Positions 29,344 to 39,192 of a stretch of DNA of 64,000 nt are shown here, in pieces. This DNA is from Candidatus Curtissbacteria bacterium. GTDB lineage: Bacteria > Patescibacteriota > Microgenomatia > Curtissbacterales > GWA2-41-24. Numbering within the stretch: the stretch's first letter is position 1; every line of letters begins with the position of its first letter. A program made the translations under genes and the position numbers. Below the pieces are notes generated by a model. The model had not been told where the DNA came from and ran no database searches. It saw only the letters and a list, made by a program, of their open reading frames with translations. The stretch spans positions 264,927 through 328,926 of the forward strand of contig JAUSJC010000010.1 in assembly GCA_030647775.1 (NCBI GenBank), read 5' to 3'.

Positions 29344-30299
29344 TTACCGGCGGTGCCGGCTTTATCGGGTCAGAGATTGTCAGACAACTTCTTGATGTGG
29401 GTTACATGGTTCGAGTTGCTGATAACTTGTCCAAAAAAAACGCTTCCGTCGACAAACGTGCCGAATTTATCAATGTCGATTTAACAGATTCCAGGAAGAC
29501 AAAAGCAGTTTTTAAAAATATTGATATCTGCATTAATGCCGCAGCAAAAATCGGAGGCATCGGCTACTTTCATAAATTCCCCGCCACAATCCTTTCGGAA
29601 AACAATAAAATTTATAGTTCCACTTTTGAGTCAGCTGTTGCCGCCGGTATCAAAAGGCTCGTTTATATTTCCTCTTCAATGGTATTTGAATCGGCGACAA
29701 AATTTCCGTCGGAAGAAGAAGACGTCACCAAAATTCCGCCCCCCGTCTCATCGTATGGGTTTTCAAAACTTTCCGGCGAATGGTATTGCCGATCTTTTTG
29801 GGACCAATACAGATTGCCATTTTCTATTTGCAGGCCATTTAATGCTTATGGCATCAACGAATTTCCGGAAAGGGAAGTCGGTTACGCGCACGTTATTCCG
29901 GACTTAGTCAGAAAAATTGTAGAAGGTCAGTATCCCTTAGAAATGCTCGGAGACGGAAAACAAACCCGCTGCTTTACTCATGTTTCAGATGTTGCCGACG
30001 GCATAATAACAGTTGCGCTTCACCCAAATGGCCAAAACCAGGATTTTAATATCGGTTCCGATAAAGAAATAAAAATGATAGATTTGGCAGAGAAGATTTG
30101 GGACGTTATGGAAATTAAAAAGCCATTCAAAGTCAAGTTTGTAAAGGGCTTTAAGTATGATATAAGGAAAAGGGTACCAAACGTTCAAAAGGCTAAAAAG
30201 CTAATTAACTGGGAACCCAAAGTAAAATTTGATGATGGACTAAAGGAGGTAATAACTTGGCTGCAAGAGAAAAAAGCAGAAGGAAAATTTCAAAGGTAA
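29322..30299 (+). CDS. NAD-dependent epimerase/dehydratase (UDP-sugar 4-epimerase family)
   Basis: FLVTGGAGFIGSEIV and Y-x3-K in YGFSKLSGE. Confidence 0.8.
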   Translation: MAKTKFLVTGGAGFIGSEIVRQLLDVGYMVRVADNLSKKNASVDKRAEFINVDLTDSRKTKAVFKNIDICINAAAKIGGIGYFHKFPATILSENNKIYSSTFESAVAAGIKRLVYISSSMVFESATKFPSEEEDVTKIPPPVSSYGFSKLSGEWYCRSFWDQYRLPFSICRPFNAYGINEFPEREVGYAHVIPDLVRKIVEGQYPLEMLGDGKQTRCFTHVSDVADGIITVALHPNGQNQDFNIGSDKEIKMIDLAEKIWDVMEIKKPFKVKFVKGFKYDIRKRVPNVQKAKKLINWEPKVKFDDGLKEVITWLQEKKAEGKFQR

Positions 30300-31564
30300 C
30301 GGTTTCCGTAATCGGAATAGGCAGAGTTGGTCTTCCGCTTGCGCTATTTCTGGCTGAATCTGGTCATTTCGTTTACGGTCTAGATGTAGACCAGGGAAAG
30401 GTGAACACTATTCTAAAGGGGGTAATGCCTTTCTTGGAAGAAGGAGCTCCCGAGCTTCTTAAAAAACATATTTCTAAAAACTTTGTTCCAACGACAAATT
30501 TTTCAAGCGTTGCCAAATCCCAAGTCATTATCTTAACTCTGGGAACTCCTGTTGATGAAAACATGAATCCAAGTTTAGTCCAAATTGATAAAACTCTGGA
30601 AAATATTAAACCCCACCTTAAAAAAGGCCAACTCTTAATTTTAAGATCAACCGTTTCTCCGGGGACCACGGATTATGTTAATTTTTATCTTAAGGAATTA
30701 GGTTTTAAAGTAGGGACAAATTTTTTCCTTGCGTTTTGTCCGGAGAGAATAGCCGAAGGAAAATCCCTTCAGGAACTGGCGCAGCTTCCGCAAATAGTTG
30801 GCGGCGTAGAAAGAGTAAGTACGCAAAGAGCCTCTGAATTTTTTCAAAAACTCGGCATTACAGTCAACAAATCCGACGCAGTTTCGGCAGAACTCGCCAA
30901 ACTGTTTACCAATATGTACCGTTATATTAATTTTGCTATCGCCAACGAATTTATGATCCTTGCCGGTAACAACCACCGTGATATTTACCAAATCGTTGAT
31001 CTTGTGAACAAAAATTACAAAAGGGGAGGGCTTGCCCTTCCAGGCTTGACCGGCGGTCCATGTCTTTTTAAAGACGGTTTCTTTTTGGTTGGCGACGTTC
31101 CGTTTGCCGATCTTATCGTTACCAGTTGGAAAATTAACGAATCAATTCCTCTGTTTCTCATCAAGAAAGTCAGGGAAAGAATAAGGCTGGAAGGTAAAAA
31201 AGCTGCCATTCTCGGACTTGCCTTTAAAGCGGAAATCGACGACACTCGCGAATCTTTATCCTTCAAGGTTAAAAAAGCCCTCGAAAGGGAAAGGGCCAAA
31301 GTTTTCTTGCATGACCCCTATGTGCCTGGTTATCAAAATGATCTCGATGAAACCTTAAGGGGGGCAGATCTTATCTTTTTGGCAACAAATCATTCATTCT
31401 ACCGCAAAATGGATATTGCCAAAGTCAAGAAATTAGTTTCCAAAAATTGCATAATTTGTGATGTCTGGAACGTTTTTAAAACCAATAAAATAATTTTCAC
31501 CATTAAATCACTTGAATTCCATCTCAATAAAAACTCCGAGGAAGGCTTGGGAGATATCTTCTAA
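30257..31564 (+). CDS. Nucleotide-sugar dehydrogenase (UDP-ManNAc / UDP-GlcNAc 6-dehydrogenase family)
   Basis: VSVIGIGRVGLPLALFLAESGH Rossmann fold and catalytic GGPCLFKD. Start uncertain; it overlaps the upstream gene by 43 nt. Confidence 0.75.
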   Translation: MAAREKSRRKISKVTVSVIGIGRVGLPLALFLAESGHFVYGLDVDQGKVNTILKGVMPFLEEGAPELLKKHISKNFVPTTNFSSVAKSQVIILTLGTPVDENMNPSLVQIDKTLENIKPHLKKGQLLILRSTVSPGTTDYVNFYLKELGFKVGTNFFLAFCPERIAEGKSLQELAQLPQIVGGVERVSTQRASEFFQKLGITVNKSDAVSAELAKLFTNMYRYINFAIANEFMILAGNNHRDIYQIVDLVNKNYKRGGLALPGLTGGPCLFKDGFFLVGDVPFADLIVTSWKINESIPLFLIKKVRERIRLEGKKAAILGLAFKAEIDDTRESLSFKVKKALERERAKVFLHDPYVPGYQNDLDETLRGADLIFLATNHSFYRKMDIAKVKKLVSKNCIICDVWNVFKTNKIIFTIKSLEFHLNKNSEEGLGDIF

Positions 31565-31613
31565 AACTTGCAATTTACTCAAAAAGTAATATAAAATTAC
31601 CAAGACGAAAAAA

Positions 31614-31630
31614 GCAAAGATTTTCTTTGC
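31614..31630 (-). terminator. Hairpin plus T-tract reading as an intrinsic terminator on the minus strand
   Basis: gcaaaga-ttt-tctttgc, preceded on the + strand by aaaaaa, which is TTTTTT on the minus strand. Confidence 0.35.
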
Positions 31631-31639
31631 AAAATAGAG

Positions 31640-31758
31640 TGATGCCAGAACTGTTCCTGTATTAGGGGCAAGCGCGGTACTTCCACCGCAATGTAGAGCA
31701 TCCGCAACCCAGAAGCGAAAGCACGCCGGGTGCCAGGAAGTTTCAATATAATTGACTC
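31640..31758. ncRNA. Candidate structured RNA or cis-regulatory leader of unknown class
   Basis: About 120 nt of relatively GC-rich non-coding sequence with several potential helices (gcgcggtac...accgc, gccggg...), bracketed by convergent terminator hairpins. I could not match it to SRP, 6S, tmRNA, RNase P or c-di-GMP riboswitch consensus by eye. Confidence 0.2.
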
Positions 31759-31786
31759 GTCCTCTCCGCTTCGAGAGGACTTTTTT
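31759..31786 (+). terminator. Intrinsic terminator on the plus strand
   Basis: gtcctctc-cgcttcg-gagaggac, an 8-bp GC-rich stem, followed by TTTTTTG. Confidence 0.55.
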
Positions 31787-31828
31787 GTTCTTCCACAAAA
31801 AACGCCCGGTACACGAAAGGAAAAATCA

Positions 31829-32617
31829 GTGGAATCTGATCGTTTACGCGCACCGAGCGCAACTATTGCCAATATCAAGAATCAAGCCAAAAAAGTAGGG
31901 CGACCATTGGCCGCCGCTATTATGGCTTTCTCGGGGCAAGTATATGGCGGAGGCCCTTCCGAAGTCAAGGCCGATGATGATGGCCTTGCCCAACAGACAC
32001 TTTCCTCGCAGAGTTTGGAGGTAAATCCCTTTGGCCCGACAGGCCCAGACATTGGAATTCCCTTCCATCCCGCTCTTTCCGAGCAGCAAATAAAAGAAGC
32101 AGTCTTTGCACTCGAATTCCAAGATGTGATGCGCCGGGCCGAACAAGCTGATTTACCAGCCTTTTTTTCTCCAATTTCCTATGCTGCTAAAAGGGGTCAA
32201 GCGCAACTTATGGAAGACCTGAAAGTTTATTATCCCATATATAAAGCGGTAGGAGATAAGTTTGGTCACGATTGGTTTCTCATATGGATTATCCACGAGG
32301 TCGAAAGTTTAGCATCCCAACACCCGGATGTGGTAAATGGTACCTCTTATCACATCGGAGCAGGACAACGAGCGCCAGGTTGGTCCGAATCTGTTGTTGA
32401 CGAAGCTTCCTCGGGTTTAGAATACCTTGCGTTGCTACCTCAAAGACTGCCAAATGACTGGCGGGAGTTGGCTTTTACTGGATGGCATCTTAGAAATGTT
32501 ACCGAGGATGGTACTGTTCTAGGATCACTTAGGGAATACAGTGCTGCTTGGCATGGAGAATTGCGTTACATAATCTTTTTGGACCTCAAGAAAATCTTTG
32601 ACGCTCCGATCAATTAG
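31829..32617 (+). CDS. Hypothetical secreted protein (GC-richer than neighbours)
   Basis: GTG at 31829 is preceded by aaaggaaaaa, and the N-terminus KKVGRPLAAAIMAFSGQVYG is signal-peptide-like. The longer track ORF from 31730 would read through the terminator hairpin. A weak SLT-like segment IIHEVES...GAGQ suggests a lytic transglycosylase but is not convincing. Confidence 0.4.
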   Translation: MESDRLRAPSATIANIKNQAKKVGRPLAAAIMAFSGQVYGGGPSEVKADDDGLAQQTLSSQSLEVNPFGPTGPDIGIPFHPALSEQQIKEAVFALEFQDVMRRAEQADLPAFFSPISYAAKRGQAQLMEDLKVYYPIYKAVGDKFGHDWFLIWIIHEVESLASQHPDVVNGTSYHIGAGQRAPGWSESVVDEASSGLEYLALLPQRLPNDWRELAFTGWHLRNVTEDGTVLGSLREYSAAWHGELRYIIFLDLKKIFDAPIN

Positions 32618-32632
32618 CATTACAATCTATCC

Positions 32633-33382
32633 ATGCGTCTTTCCATCGTTATGCCTGTTTACAATGAAGGGGAAATTATCCCCGAGACAGTAAAACGGAT
32701 TCATGAACAAGTCAAAACGCCGTTTGAACTCTTAATTGTCTACGATATGGAAGGAGATACCACTGTTGACGCCGTAAAAAAAATCCGGAATAAATACAAA
32801 AGTGCAAAGTTAGTCAAAAATATTTATGGCAGGGGAGCATTAAATGCCATTAAAACCGGTTTTACAAAAGCAAAAGGCGATGCCGTTTGTGTCATGATGG
32901 CCGATTTAACCGACGACCCGCAAACCTTAAACGAAATGATGAGGAAATTTGACGCAGGTTTTGATATTGTCTCCGGTTCCCGCTATATGCCCGGCGGCAA
33001 ACAAATCGGAGGTCCTTTTTTGAAGCAGCTTATGTCAAAAACTGCCGGCATTAGTCTCCACTTTCTTGCGGGCATTCCCACGTGGGATCCAACCAACTCT
33101 TTCAGGCTCTATTCCAGCAGATTTCTAAAAAAGGCCAAGATCGAATCAAACGGAGGATTCGAACTTGGCATAGAATTAACAGTAAAAGCCTATTTCGGCG
33201 GTTATAAAGTTACCGAGGTCCCGACAACCTGGGATTATCTCTCAAAGGAATCAAGATTTCTGCTTAAAAAATGGCTGCCGAAATATTTAAAATGGTATCT
33301 CTGGGCGCTTGAAAAAAGATTGCAGGGATATCCGATTTCGAGTTTACGAGAAACAAGCTCTCTTAAAAAAAGTGTAAAATGA
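32633..33382 (+). CDS. GT2 glycosyltransferase (Dpm1/GtrB-like)
   Basis: LSIVMPVYNEGE, the D-x-D of MADLTDD, and a C-terminal amphipathic region. Confidence 0.75.
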   Translation: MRLSIVMPVYNEGEIIPETVKRIHEQVKTPFELLIVYDMEGDTTVDAVKKIRNKYKSAKLVKNIYGRGALNAIKTGFTKAKGDAVCVMMADLTDDPQTLNEMMRKFDAGFDIVSGSRYMPGGKQIGGPFLKQLMSKTAGISLHFLAGIPTWDPTNSFRLYSSRFLKKAKIESNGGFELGIELTVKAYFGGYKVTEVPTTWDYLSKESRFLLKKWLPKYLKWYLWALEKRLQGYPISSLRETSSLKKSVK

Positions 33383-34764
33383 CACGAAAAAATTGGTGGA
33401 TCTTTCCATCTATTTTTATTCTTTCCTTAATCATTTTCAGCCAAAGTCTAACCTATTATTTTTTTCAAGATGACTGGTTTGTTCTAAACTGGATAAGGAC
33501 AGGGAATCTTTTCTCGTTCTTCTCTTTCAGGACAGATATCATTTATTGGCGGCCGCTTTCAATGCCCATTTTTTTCTTCATTGGGAAACAATTGTTTGGT
33601 TTAAACCCGCTTGGTTTTCATATACTCGCTTTCCTAATTCACTTTATAAACATTATATTAGTCTATCTCTTAATAAGACAGCTCAAATTTGAAAAAACAC
33701 TTTCCTATTTTGCAGCTTTCATCTGGGGGACAGCGGCTTTTCATTTTGTACCATTGTCTTGGTTGTCAACTACGTCATACATAATTGGACCTACTTTTAT
33801 CCTATCTTCAATTATTTTTTTCTTAAAATCAAAAATAAAAACGTCTTTTCTCTTTTTTCTTCTTGGCCTTTTGACAAGCGAATTAACGCTAGTCACGATT
33901 CCACTTATTGTTCTTGTCGACGAAAATATTAGGAAAAAGTTTAAAAACCTATTACCGTTTCTAATAGCGGTGGTTCCATATCTTGTGGTTCGATTTTTTA
34001 TCTTCCCGGTTCCGGCTAGTGGAGCTTATGCTATTGCACCAAGAAAAAAGATTATTTCGAATCTCTTGTGGTATTTTGCCTGGACTTTTAATGTTGCCGA
34101 AAGATTTTCGACTATTTTTTACCTCTCAACTGTTAAAAGCGCCGCTGGCTATTTTAAGGATTTTTTTAAACTTTTAATTGGGCCGCTTATTTTGATGCTC
34201 ACATTTTGGCTGCTAACCTTGTCGCTAAAACCAAACCTTAAAATTCTAGCGAGGGGATTTGGCTGGTTTATTATTGGTTTGTCACCTGTTATTTTTCTGC
34301 CCGATCATGCTTATGCCATGTATTTGCCTATAGCGTCTCTGGGCATCATTTATATATTTTGCGCTGCTCTTGAGAAAGCCAAACGGTTCCGGCCCCCAAT
34401 AATGGCAGTAGTCGCGCTACTGTGGTTTATCTCCTCTTTCTTAACCGTAGACCTGTTAAGATCGAATCACTGGATCGGGAACGAGCAGGCGGCCTCCAGG
34501 GCTTATATGGATTTTCTCAAAAAAGAAATAAGGACCCCGCCTCATGGATCAATTTTCATATTTCGAAACCCAGTTGGAAATATCTCCGCAACAAACGGTT
34601 TTACCCTCCACGATTCCGAAAGTACTCTTTATCAATCCTTGAATGCTTCTGCAGCGGTCCAAGTATTATATGACGATTCTACACTGACAAGTTTCTTCCC
34701 GAAAGCGAACCAAAAAGTTGAATTTAACCAAAATCAGCCGGTTTTTGAAATAGTGCCAAAATAG
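33379..34764 (+). CDS. Polytopic membrane protein, GT-C-like
   Basis: 461 aa with at least 11 TM helices. The first loop FFQDDWFVL is acidic. It immediately follows a GtrB-like GT2. Confidence 0.5.
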   Translation: MTRKNWWIFPSIFILSLIIFSQSLTYYFFQDDWFVLNWIRTGNLFSFFSFRTDIIYWRPLSMPIFFFIGKQLFGLNPLGFHILAFLIHFINIILVYLLIRQLKFEKTLSYFAAFIWGTAAFHFVPLSWLSTTSYIIGPTFILSSIIFFLKSKIKTSFLFFLLGLLTSELTLVTIPLIVLVDENIRKKFKNLLPFLIAVVPYLVVRFFIFPVPASGAYAIAPRKKIISNLLWYFAWTFNVAERFSTIFYLSTVKSAAGYFKDFFKLLIGPLILMLTFWLLTLSLKPNLKILARGFGWFIIGLSPVIFLPDHAYAMYLPIASLGIIYIFCAALEKAKRFRPPIMAVVALLWFISSFLTVDLLRSNHWIGNEQAASRAYMDFLKKEIRTPPHGSIFIFRNPVGNISATNGFTLHDSESTLYQSLNASAAVQVLYDDSTLTSFFPKANQKVEFNQNQPVFEIVPK

Positions 34765-34899
34765 GGAAATACATTGAGTTTAAGTTTAATATAATAAGGA
34801 AGGAGTATCCTTCCTTGCGAGAATTTTGCTACTATTGAAATCGTTGTTTCAGTAGTGCTCCATTCTCTAAGGGAAGGAGTAAACTGTCGGATTAACCTT

Positions 34900-36705
34900 A
34901 TGAAAAAGAATCTTATTTTGAACGAAAATCAGAGAACCACGGCCTTTAGACCGTGGGAATCTATTTTTATTATCTTCTTGTTTTTTTTCTCAATTATTAT
35001 CTCAAGCCCTTTTCTAAAACCCGGATTTTATACGGTGCATGATGATCAGCAATTCGCCAGGCTTTTCGAATTTGATAAATCTCTAAGATCCGGTCAAGTC
35101 CCGCCGCGTTGGGTCGAAGACTTAGGCTTTGGTTTTGGCTATCCGCTGTTTGTATTTTATCCGCCGCTTGTCTATTTTTTGGGAGAGGCGTTTCATCTTG
35201 CTGGTTGGGGATATATCGATTCGATAAAACTTGTCTTTTTTATATCAGTATTCGGATCGGCAGTTGCCATGTACATTTTGACTAGAGAATTCTGGGGGAA
35301 GCTCGAGGCCTTTACCTCCAGCATGTTTTACATCTTCGCTCCTTATAGAGCTCTTGATATCTACGTTAGAGGGGCCTTAGCGGAAAGTTTTTCATTTGTT
35401 TGGCTGCCTCTTCTCTTCTGGTCATTTTACAAGCTGCAAAAAACCCAAAAGCCAGTCTATATTATAGCTTCCGGGTCTTTTTTGGCTCTCCTTATGCTCA
35501 CCCATAATTTAATATTTATTCCTTTCATGCTGATTCTTCCTATTTTCCTCCTTTTCCTTCTTTGGCAATCTAAAAGCAAAAAGCTATTCCTAATTGGAAG
35601 TCTTATTTCTTTTATTATTGCTTTTGGAGCCAGTGCCTTTTTTTGGATACCGGCACTTTTGGAAAAAAGATTTACAATCGTTGACCAATTACTTTTAGTT
35701 AATCTTGCCGATTTTCGAATGCATTTTGTTTATCCCGAGCAACTCTGGAATTGGCCATGGGGCTTTGGCGGTTCAGCGCCCGGACTAACAGACGGCATCT
35801 CTTTCAAAATAGGTAAGCTCCACGTTATTGTCTCACTTCTTGCATTTAGCTTAACAATACTACAGCTTGTCAAAGACAAGATAAAATCAAAACAATCAAC
35901 TATTTCGAGTCCACGAGAAACAAGCGCTCTTATATTTTTTGCCCTATTCTTATTTTCGGCATTTATGACCACATCTTACTCGCAGTTGATCTGGGATTTT
36001 ATACCCCCTCTTGCCTATCTTCAATTCCCTTGGCGTTTTCTGACATTTGTTATTCTGACAGGTTCAATCTTGGCAGGTGCCTTTATCTATTTTTTAAGGC
36101 TAGAGATTTTAAAAATAGTTTTTTCGGTACTTTTAATCTCTCTTTTAATTTTTCCGAACCTTAAGCTTTTTAAGCCCCAGACCTACAGGGAAAATTTAAC
36201 GGACAAAATTGTGACCTCAAAGGAGGTCATTAATTGGGATGTTTCATCATCGTCATTTGAGTACGCGCCAAAAGGCGTCGAGCTTTATAAAAATAGCCGG
36301 GGAGCCAATGTCATCAAAATTGAAAAATCCCAAATCCCCAAGGAAAAACTAGAAATTTTATCAGGGGTAGCCCAAATTAATTTGTCAAAAAATAATCCGT
36401 CGGATTTAGAGTTTGATATCAATGCCAAAGAAGACACTAAACTCAAAGCAAACATTTTTTCCTTTCCGGGATGGCAATTAAAAATTGATGGGAATCTGTC
36501 ACCAATTAACGACGATAACAACCTTAAGTTGATCACATTCAATATTCCGTCGGGGTTGCACCATGTAGAACTCGCCTTCAAAAACAGCCTGGTCATAAGT
36601 CTAGCAAACTTGATAACGCTTATGACACTGGTGGCACTTGTAATAATTATTATGTTTAGGAATAATCAACGAGTTAAAACAAAACTAAAATATGTCAGAC
36701 CCTGA
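34900..36705 (+). CDS. YfhO-superfamily-like polytopic membrane protein (paralog of 27754 and 48911)
   Basis: GFYTVHDDQQFARLFEF...YPLFVFYPPLVYFL and a C-terminal FSFPGWQLKIDGN. Start taken at the internal ATG (MKKNLIL). Confidence 0.55.
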   Translation: MKKNLILNENQRTTAFRPWESIFIIFLFFFSIIISSPFLKPGFYTVHDDQQFARLFEFDKSLRSGQVPPRWVEDLGFGFGYPLFVFYPPLVYFLGEAFHLAGWGYIDSIKLVFFISVFGSAVAMYILTREFWGKLEAFTSSMFYIFAPYRALDIYVRGALAESFSFVWLPLLFWSFYKLQKTQKPVYIIASGSFLALLMLTHNLIFIPFMLILPIFLLFLLWQSKSKKLFLIGSLISFIIAFGASAFFWIPALLEKRFTIVDQLLLVNLADFRMHFVYPEQLWNWPWGFGGSAPGLTDGISFKIGKLHVIVSLLAFSLTILQLVKDKIKSKQSTISSPRETSALIFFALFLFSAFMTTSYSQLIWDFIPPLAYLQFPWRFLTFVILTGSILAGAFIYFLRLEILKIVFSVLLISLLIFPNLKLFKPQTYRENLTDKIVTSKEVINWDVSSSSFEYAPKGVELYKNSRGANVIKIEKSQIPKEKLEILSGVAQINLSKNNPSDLEFDINAKEDTKLKANIFSFPGWQLKIDGNLSPINDDNNLKLITFNIPSGLHHVELAFKNSLVISLANLITLMTLVALVIIIMFRNNQRVKTKLKYVRP

Positions 36706-38164
36706 TTTTGAACTGGATATCGAACTTATCACCAAAAGAGCTATTTCCGGAGTTGTTACCTTTACCCTAAGGACATTTTTCCTCCAGATATTCACTTTCT
36801 TTGCCACCTTTATTTTAACTATTCTCCTTGAGCCCTCAATTTTCGGAATTTTCTTTGTCGTTTCTGCTCTTTTAAATTTCTTGGTTTACTTTTCGGATAT
36901 TGGTCTGGCTGCTGCTCTCATTCAGAAAAAAGAAAAGCCGACCGAAGAAGATTTGGCAACAACTTTCACAATTCAACAGGTCATAATTTTAACTCTCGTC
37001 ACAGTAGGCTTATTGTTCTCTTCCCAAGTAGCCAAGTTCTATAATTTAGACGCGAATGGTCTGCAGCTTTTAAGAGTCCTTATTTTTTCGCTGGTCCTCT
37101 CGTCACTGAAAACAATTCCCTCTATTATTCTTGAGCGCCAGTTGAAATTTAGCCGGCTTGTCATTCCCCAAATACTGGAAAACGTTGCCTTTTATACTGT
37201 CGCGGTCGTGCTTGCTTATCTCAAATTTGGTATAGCCGCCTTTACTTGGGCAGTTCTGGCAAGGGGTATCACGGGCCTCGTTACGATCTACATTCTTTCC
37301 CCGTGGATTCCAAAGCTATCCTTCAATAAAGCCGTTGCAAAAAGTCTCACGTCATTTGGTGTACCTTTCCAGTTAAATAGCATCCTTGCTCTCCTAAAAG
37401 ATGATTTGCTCACAGTTTTTTTGGGAAAAATCTTGTCATTCACCCAAATCGGTTACATTGGCTGGGCACAAAAATGGGCCTTCATTCCACTGCGATTTTT
37501 TATGGACAATGTTAACAAAGTTACCTTCCCCGCTTACTCCCGAATGCAATCACATTCGGAAAAACTCGGCAAAGCCATTGAGAAATCAATATTTTTCGTC
37601 ACTTATTTTGTCTACCCGTCAGTTTTTGGAATGGCCGCCATTGCTCCAAAAGTCATAGATATAATCCCCAAATATGGCAAATGGGAACCTGCCCTTCCTC
37701 TCCTATATCTTTTTGGTGTAAATGCTATTTTCTCGGCAGTTTCTACAACTTTTACTAATGCTCTTTTTGCAACGGGTCGTCCTAAGATAGTCTTAAAATT
37801 CATGGTCTTTTGGACAACTTCAACTTGGCTCCTTACTTATCCATTGGTTTCCAAATTTGGGTACGTCGGGGTGGGTATTGCTTCTGCAATCGTCGCCGTA
37901 ACTTCGATTGCCACGGTTTACTTTGTCAAAAAAGAAATCCCCATTTCTGTCGGCAAAAGCATAATCGGACCACTAGCCATATCCATTACTATGTTCTTAG
38001 TAGTTAAATCCCTCCAAAATGTCCTAGTGCCCAACCTACTTGGCTTAATTATTACAATCATAAGCGGAGTCGTTGTCTATATTATTCTCTCGTTCGCGGT
38101 TTTCCGCAGACACCTGTTTGAAGATGCTATGATTATTATTAAATCTCTGCTCTCCAAATCTTAA
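36692..38164 (+). CDS. Polysaccharide biosynthesis flippase (Wzx-like, MOP superfamily)
   Basis: 490 aa with about 14 TM helices and a MOP/Wzx-like topology. Confidence 0.65.
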   Translation: MSDPDFELDIELITKRAISGVVTFTLRTFFLQIFTFFATFILTILLEPSIFGIFFVVSALLNFLVYFSDIGLAAALIQKKEKPTEEDLATTFTIQQVIILTLVTVGLLFSSQVAKFYNLDANGLQLLRVLIFSLVLSSLKTIPSIILERQLKFSRLVIPQILENVAFYTVAVVLAYLKFGIAAFTWAVLARGITGLVTIYILSPWIPKLSFNKAVAKSLTSFGVPFQLNSILALLKDDLLTVFLGKILSFTQIGYIGWAQKWAFIPLRFFMDNVNKVTFPAYSRMQSHSEKLGKAIEKSIFFVTYFVYPSVFGMAAIAPKVIDIIPKYGKWEPALPLLYLFGVNAIFSAVSTTFTNALFATGRPKIVLKFMVFWTTSTWLLTYPLVSKFGYVGVGIASAIVAVTSIATVYFVKKEIPISVGKSIIGPLAISITMFLVVKSLQNVLVPNLLGLIITIISGVVVYIILSFAVFRRHLFEDAMIIIKSLLSKS

Positions 38165-38165
38165 A

Positions 38166-39071
38166 ATGAAAATTTCAGTTGTTATTTCCGCATTCAATGA
38201 AGAAAAAATGATCGAGGATTGTTTAAAGTCGGCTAAGCTGGTGGCAGATGAGATAATCTTAGTCGACAATACTTCACAGGATTCAACTGTCGAAATTGCC
38301 AAAAAATATACGGATAAGATCTTTATTCGTCCAAACGACCCTGTGATGTTAAATAGGAATAAAAACTTCGGTTTTTCCAAGGCAACAGGCGACTGGATTA
38401 TTTCCCTTGATGCGGACGAAAGAATTACCGGGCAGTTGGCATCTGAAATTAAAAAAGCAGTTGCTAAAAAAGATTTTAATGGTTGGGAAATCCCCAGAAA
38501 AAATATAATCTTTGGGAAATGGATAAGGCACTCAATTTGGTGGCCGGATTATAATTTAAGACTTTTTAGAAGGGGATACGGCAAATTTGCTGAAAAGCAC
38601 GTTCACGAAAAATTGGACGTTAAAGGAGAAATCGGCCAATTAGAAAATCCTATGACTCATTATAACTATCAAACGGTCTCCCAATTTATCGGGAAGCTTG
38701 ATAAAACTTATACCGAGTCAGAAGTTGATAATTTTTTGAAAAGCGGCAAAAGCATTTTTTGGTACGATGCCATTCGTTGGCCGGCCAACGATTTTATTAA
38801 AACCTTCTTTTTTCAACAAGGCTATAAAGACGGTCTGCACGGCCTGATCCTTTCTCAACTCCAGGCATTTTATGCGCTTATCTTTTTTGCCAAGGTTTGG
38901 GAAAGAAAAGAAAACTTTAAAGATCTAACACCTGATAATTTCTTCATGGAATTTCTAAAGGAATTGTCGCAAATTGCCAAAGATATAAAATACTGGATTT
39001 ATGAAGTACTAATGGAAGAAAATCCTGCTAAAAAAATCCTCTTTAGAATTAAAAGAAGGCTAAATCTTTAG
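38166..39071 (+). CDS. GT2 glycosyltransferase
   Basis: ISVVISAFNEEKMIEDCL and the D-x-D of LDADE. Paralogous to the 40094 gene. Confidence 0.75.
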   Translation: MKISVVISAFNEEKMIEDCLKSAKLVADEIILVDNTSQDSTVEIAKKYTDKIFIRPNDPVMLNRNKNFGFSKATGDWIISLDADERITGQLASEIKKAVAKKDFNGWEIPRKNIIFGKWIRHSIWWPDYNLRLFRRGYGKFAEKHVHEKLDVKGEIGQLENPMTHYNYQTVSQFIGKLDKTYTESEVDNFLKSGKSIFWYDAIRWPANDFIKTFFFQQGYKDGLHGLILSQLQAFYALIFFAKVWERKENFKDLTPDNFFMEFLKELSQIAKDIKYWIYEVLMEENPAKKILFRIKRRLNL

Positions 39072-39192
39072 TGGAGTTCGAGAACCGGCGTCTCCTCATT
39101 ATATCAGCCGCCGAAGACACTACCCTGATATAATTACTCAGTGCATTTCAGAAAGTTAAATCGCCGGCCCAAATCTTAGATAAATAACAACC

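Noticed and set aside
31730-31828. 5' extension of the 31730..32617 ORF given in the track
   Set aside because: The extension would read through a strong intrinsic terminator hairpin (31759-31786) and the GC-rich structured region. The GTG at 31829 with an AAAGGAAAAA RBS and a signal-peptide-like N-terminus is a better start.
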